Source: Welwitschia mirabilis
Lineage: Eukaryota
Assembly (NCBI GenBank): GCA_051453625.1
Contig: JBOZIK010000001.1
Span: 19,591,405 to 19,631,430 of the forward strand
Length of the DNA: 40,026 bases
Reading direction: 5' to 3'
Numbering within the stretch: the stretch's first letter is position 1; each line of letters starts with the position of its first letter. This document shows positions 37,691 through 40,026 of the stretch, in pieces. A program made the position numbers and the translations under genes. Under the pieces are notes generated by a model that saw only the letters and a list, made by a program, of their open reading frames with translations, was not told the origin of the DNA and did no database searches.

Positions 37691-37713
37691 TTCTTAGCAA
37701 CTATGCCCAAATG
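37691..37713 (-). other. Decayed Athila-type PBS and adjacent LTR 3' end
   Basis: The minus strand reads ...TATCA TTTGGGCATAGTTGCTAAGAA, resembling the Athila PBS TGGCGCCGTTGCCGGGGA after mostly C>T/G>A changes. It lies upstream of gag. Confidence 0.6.
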
Positions 37714-40026
37714 ATAGAAATTCAATATTACTATTATTTAATTAGCATTTTATCATTTCTTTCGGATTCTAGGTTAAAAGTATAGTAGAATAGCATTAAA
37801 TACATCTATATGAACAAAATATTTTAAGTAAGAAAAAGATAAATACTAAGTAAAAATAGGGTATCTCTAGGATTAATCTTTTTAAATCAATTTTTTTACT
37901 ATAGGAAGACATAAACTTCAACTTAAATCTTTGAAACTTTAACCTCTACATGAAATTTCTATTAAAGAACCTATTTCTAGATTTAAAACATTAGTTTACT
38001 TTATAGATAATAAATTTATAGTTTATAAGAAAATAAGAAAGAATATAAAATATGAGAGAAGGTCAACTAACATTGCTTTTTCTTTAAGATCTAATATGAA
38101 ACTTCATGTGTATAAATAAGCTTAATTACATAATGATCAATAATATTACATAAAAATAGTCAATACAAGATAGCATAAAACCACAACATCGTACCCCAAT
38201 ATAGATTTAAGAAGTGCTTAATCCTAGATAAAATCTTTTTGTATTTTCTTATTAAGAATGAATAACACCATAGATGGTTTACATTTGTATTTATATTTTA
38301 TTTGGACATGGATAAGCATGGTTAGTTGCAACCAATTCTTCTAAGTTTCTTCAAGTGTTTAACTTCAATTTTATCCTTCTTCATATGTTTCATCTTACTC
38401 ATGTATTCTTGCATATTACTTCTTAACAAACATACATATGAATAAAATATTAAAATCAATTAAATAGTATAAGTGGAATATTCATGTATTTATTTTTAAT
38501 TAATTAATTTAATTATTTAAAAGTTCTTTAATCAAATAAAACTAGTAGAATTATAGGCTTTTAAGGCTTTATAAAATTCTAAGATACTTAAGTTTATTGG
38601 TAGGAGTCACATTTATCATATACATCATTTATTATCCTACTATAGTTATGTGAGATTTTTAAGACATCATTATATGTAAATATTCTAATAGTACCTAAGA
38701 AGAAAAATAAATTTTTTGAATGTAAAAAATTTAGAAATGATGTGACAGCATACTATAGAAATATTGAAAATTCAAAGGTAAGGAAACATAGAAAACACTT
38801 AAAGAATAAAAATGATAGTGAAAGTAAAAAGGATGATAGAAAAAAGAATAAAATAACCCAAAAAATAGTTACCAAAGACATAAGAAATATGTACTTCTTA
38901 AAATTTTGGAAAATAAAAAATTTATAAAATGTAGATCAAATATAATGATGTAATGAATTAAATTGAAATTAAAAATAAAGAAATCATCATGAAAAACATT
39001 AAATAATAAGTAATTCAAATTGTGATAGCCATATATTTTTTCATTTAAAATCTTCTTAATATTTCCCTTATATTACTTTATAAAATCTCAAATTAAATAA
39101 CTAGTCATTCACTTTCTTTCAACACACAACACCTCATTCTTCAATTTTGTTGAGAATATAAAATTTTAGTATTACTCATGTTAAATTATTTTAATACTAA
39201 TTATCTTAGTTAAAGATTAAGAAAATAACATAAAGATTAATAACTTCAATGTATATATTACTGATAATAATATTAATAATCTCTAGTTCTAAATAGTATC
39301 TAGGTTTTTATTATAGTAGTCATGTTAGCATATATTGAACTATTTTATTTAGTTAGAGTGTAATTTATAATTCCTTTATACATATCACCATAAGAAAGAC
39401 TTAAGCATTGGAGTAATCTAAATTAGTAAAGTAGGAGAGAATTAAAAAATAGAGAAAGTGCTATATAATGGAAATAATAAGAATAAATGTTTTATTCCAA
39501 TAGCATAACCCTGTAATAATAATAGTATTAACAACTTACTACTATGATAATAACATAACAATTCCATGAGAAACAAGACCTTATAAGAATGCAAACTAAT
39601 GTTTATATATCTAACTTTAGGGTTTTACTCTTATTTGTAACTAAGTTTACTAATAATTTTAAATTTTATAAGAATATAATCACCTCTTTAAGTTTGAAAG
39701 ATCATTATTATAATAAACATATAATATAATCAATACACTAATAATAATAATATCAACTATGAATTAACTAGTTTTTAAAGAAACTAAAGTTATTAGGAAA
39801 AATACTCATTCTTAAACTATGATGTGGCTTAAGTGACCTTCAATGTCAAATAGCCATTCTTATAATTATTTTTTATTATTACGTTTTTTTTCGAAAAAAG
39901 TATGTGTATTAGACTAGGAAATGTACATCAGGGGGTGAAATTGCCCGAGCATTACAGAAGCATAGAACTGTTCATAGCAGCGAGAAAAGCAAACCAAAAA
40001 GAGGGGCGAAATCACTTCTTAAAAAA

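Larger units (their letters stand above)
23022..37713 (-). mobile_element. Athila-like Ty3/gypsy LTR retrotransposon (PBS-gag-PR-RT-RH-IN), decayed and interrupted by a LINE
   Basis: All domains occur in gypsy order on the minus strand (see sub-features). Pol ends with MNEHRLKIYNK* (~VNGHRLKxY), stop at 23022-23024. Confidence 0.9.

Noticed and set aside
38742..38927. 61-aa Lys-rich ORF
   Set aside because: A-rich compositional ORF with a non-ATG start and no motif.

Overview
Eukaryotic land-plant nuclear scaffold, very AT-rich, with 19 N-gaps. It holds one intact host gene, a 4-exon plastid class I fructose-bisphosphate aldolase (2425-4053, +, 374 aa), in a CpG-rich island. The rest is mostly decayed, CpG-poor transposon sequence. 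Manual translation through stops and frameshifts resolves four elements: an internally deleted Ty1/copia element with two LTRs and a PBS (9611-12911), a plus-strand Ty3/gypsy remnant (~17500-19500), a minus-strand Athila-like gypsy element (~23022-37713), and a near full-length L1-clade LINE (~24683-33974, -) that splits the Athila RNase H. There is also a chimeric plastid-DNA insertion (NUPT) joining a still-open psbI ORF to an internal psbB fragment (15832-16209, second copy 16963-17222). Most gaps are flanked by diverged duplicates, which look like two interleaved haplotypes or homoeologs rather than true tandem repeats. I found no convincing novel biological system. The best leads are the chimeric NUPT, the nested LINE, a decayed unassigned ORF near 21 kb and the short FBA transit peptide. 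All TE motif matches are by eye against remembered consensus sequences, not database searches.
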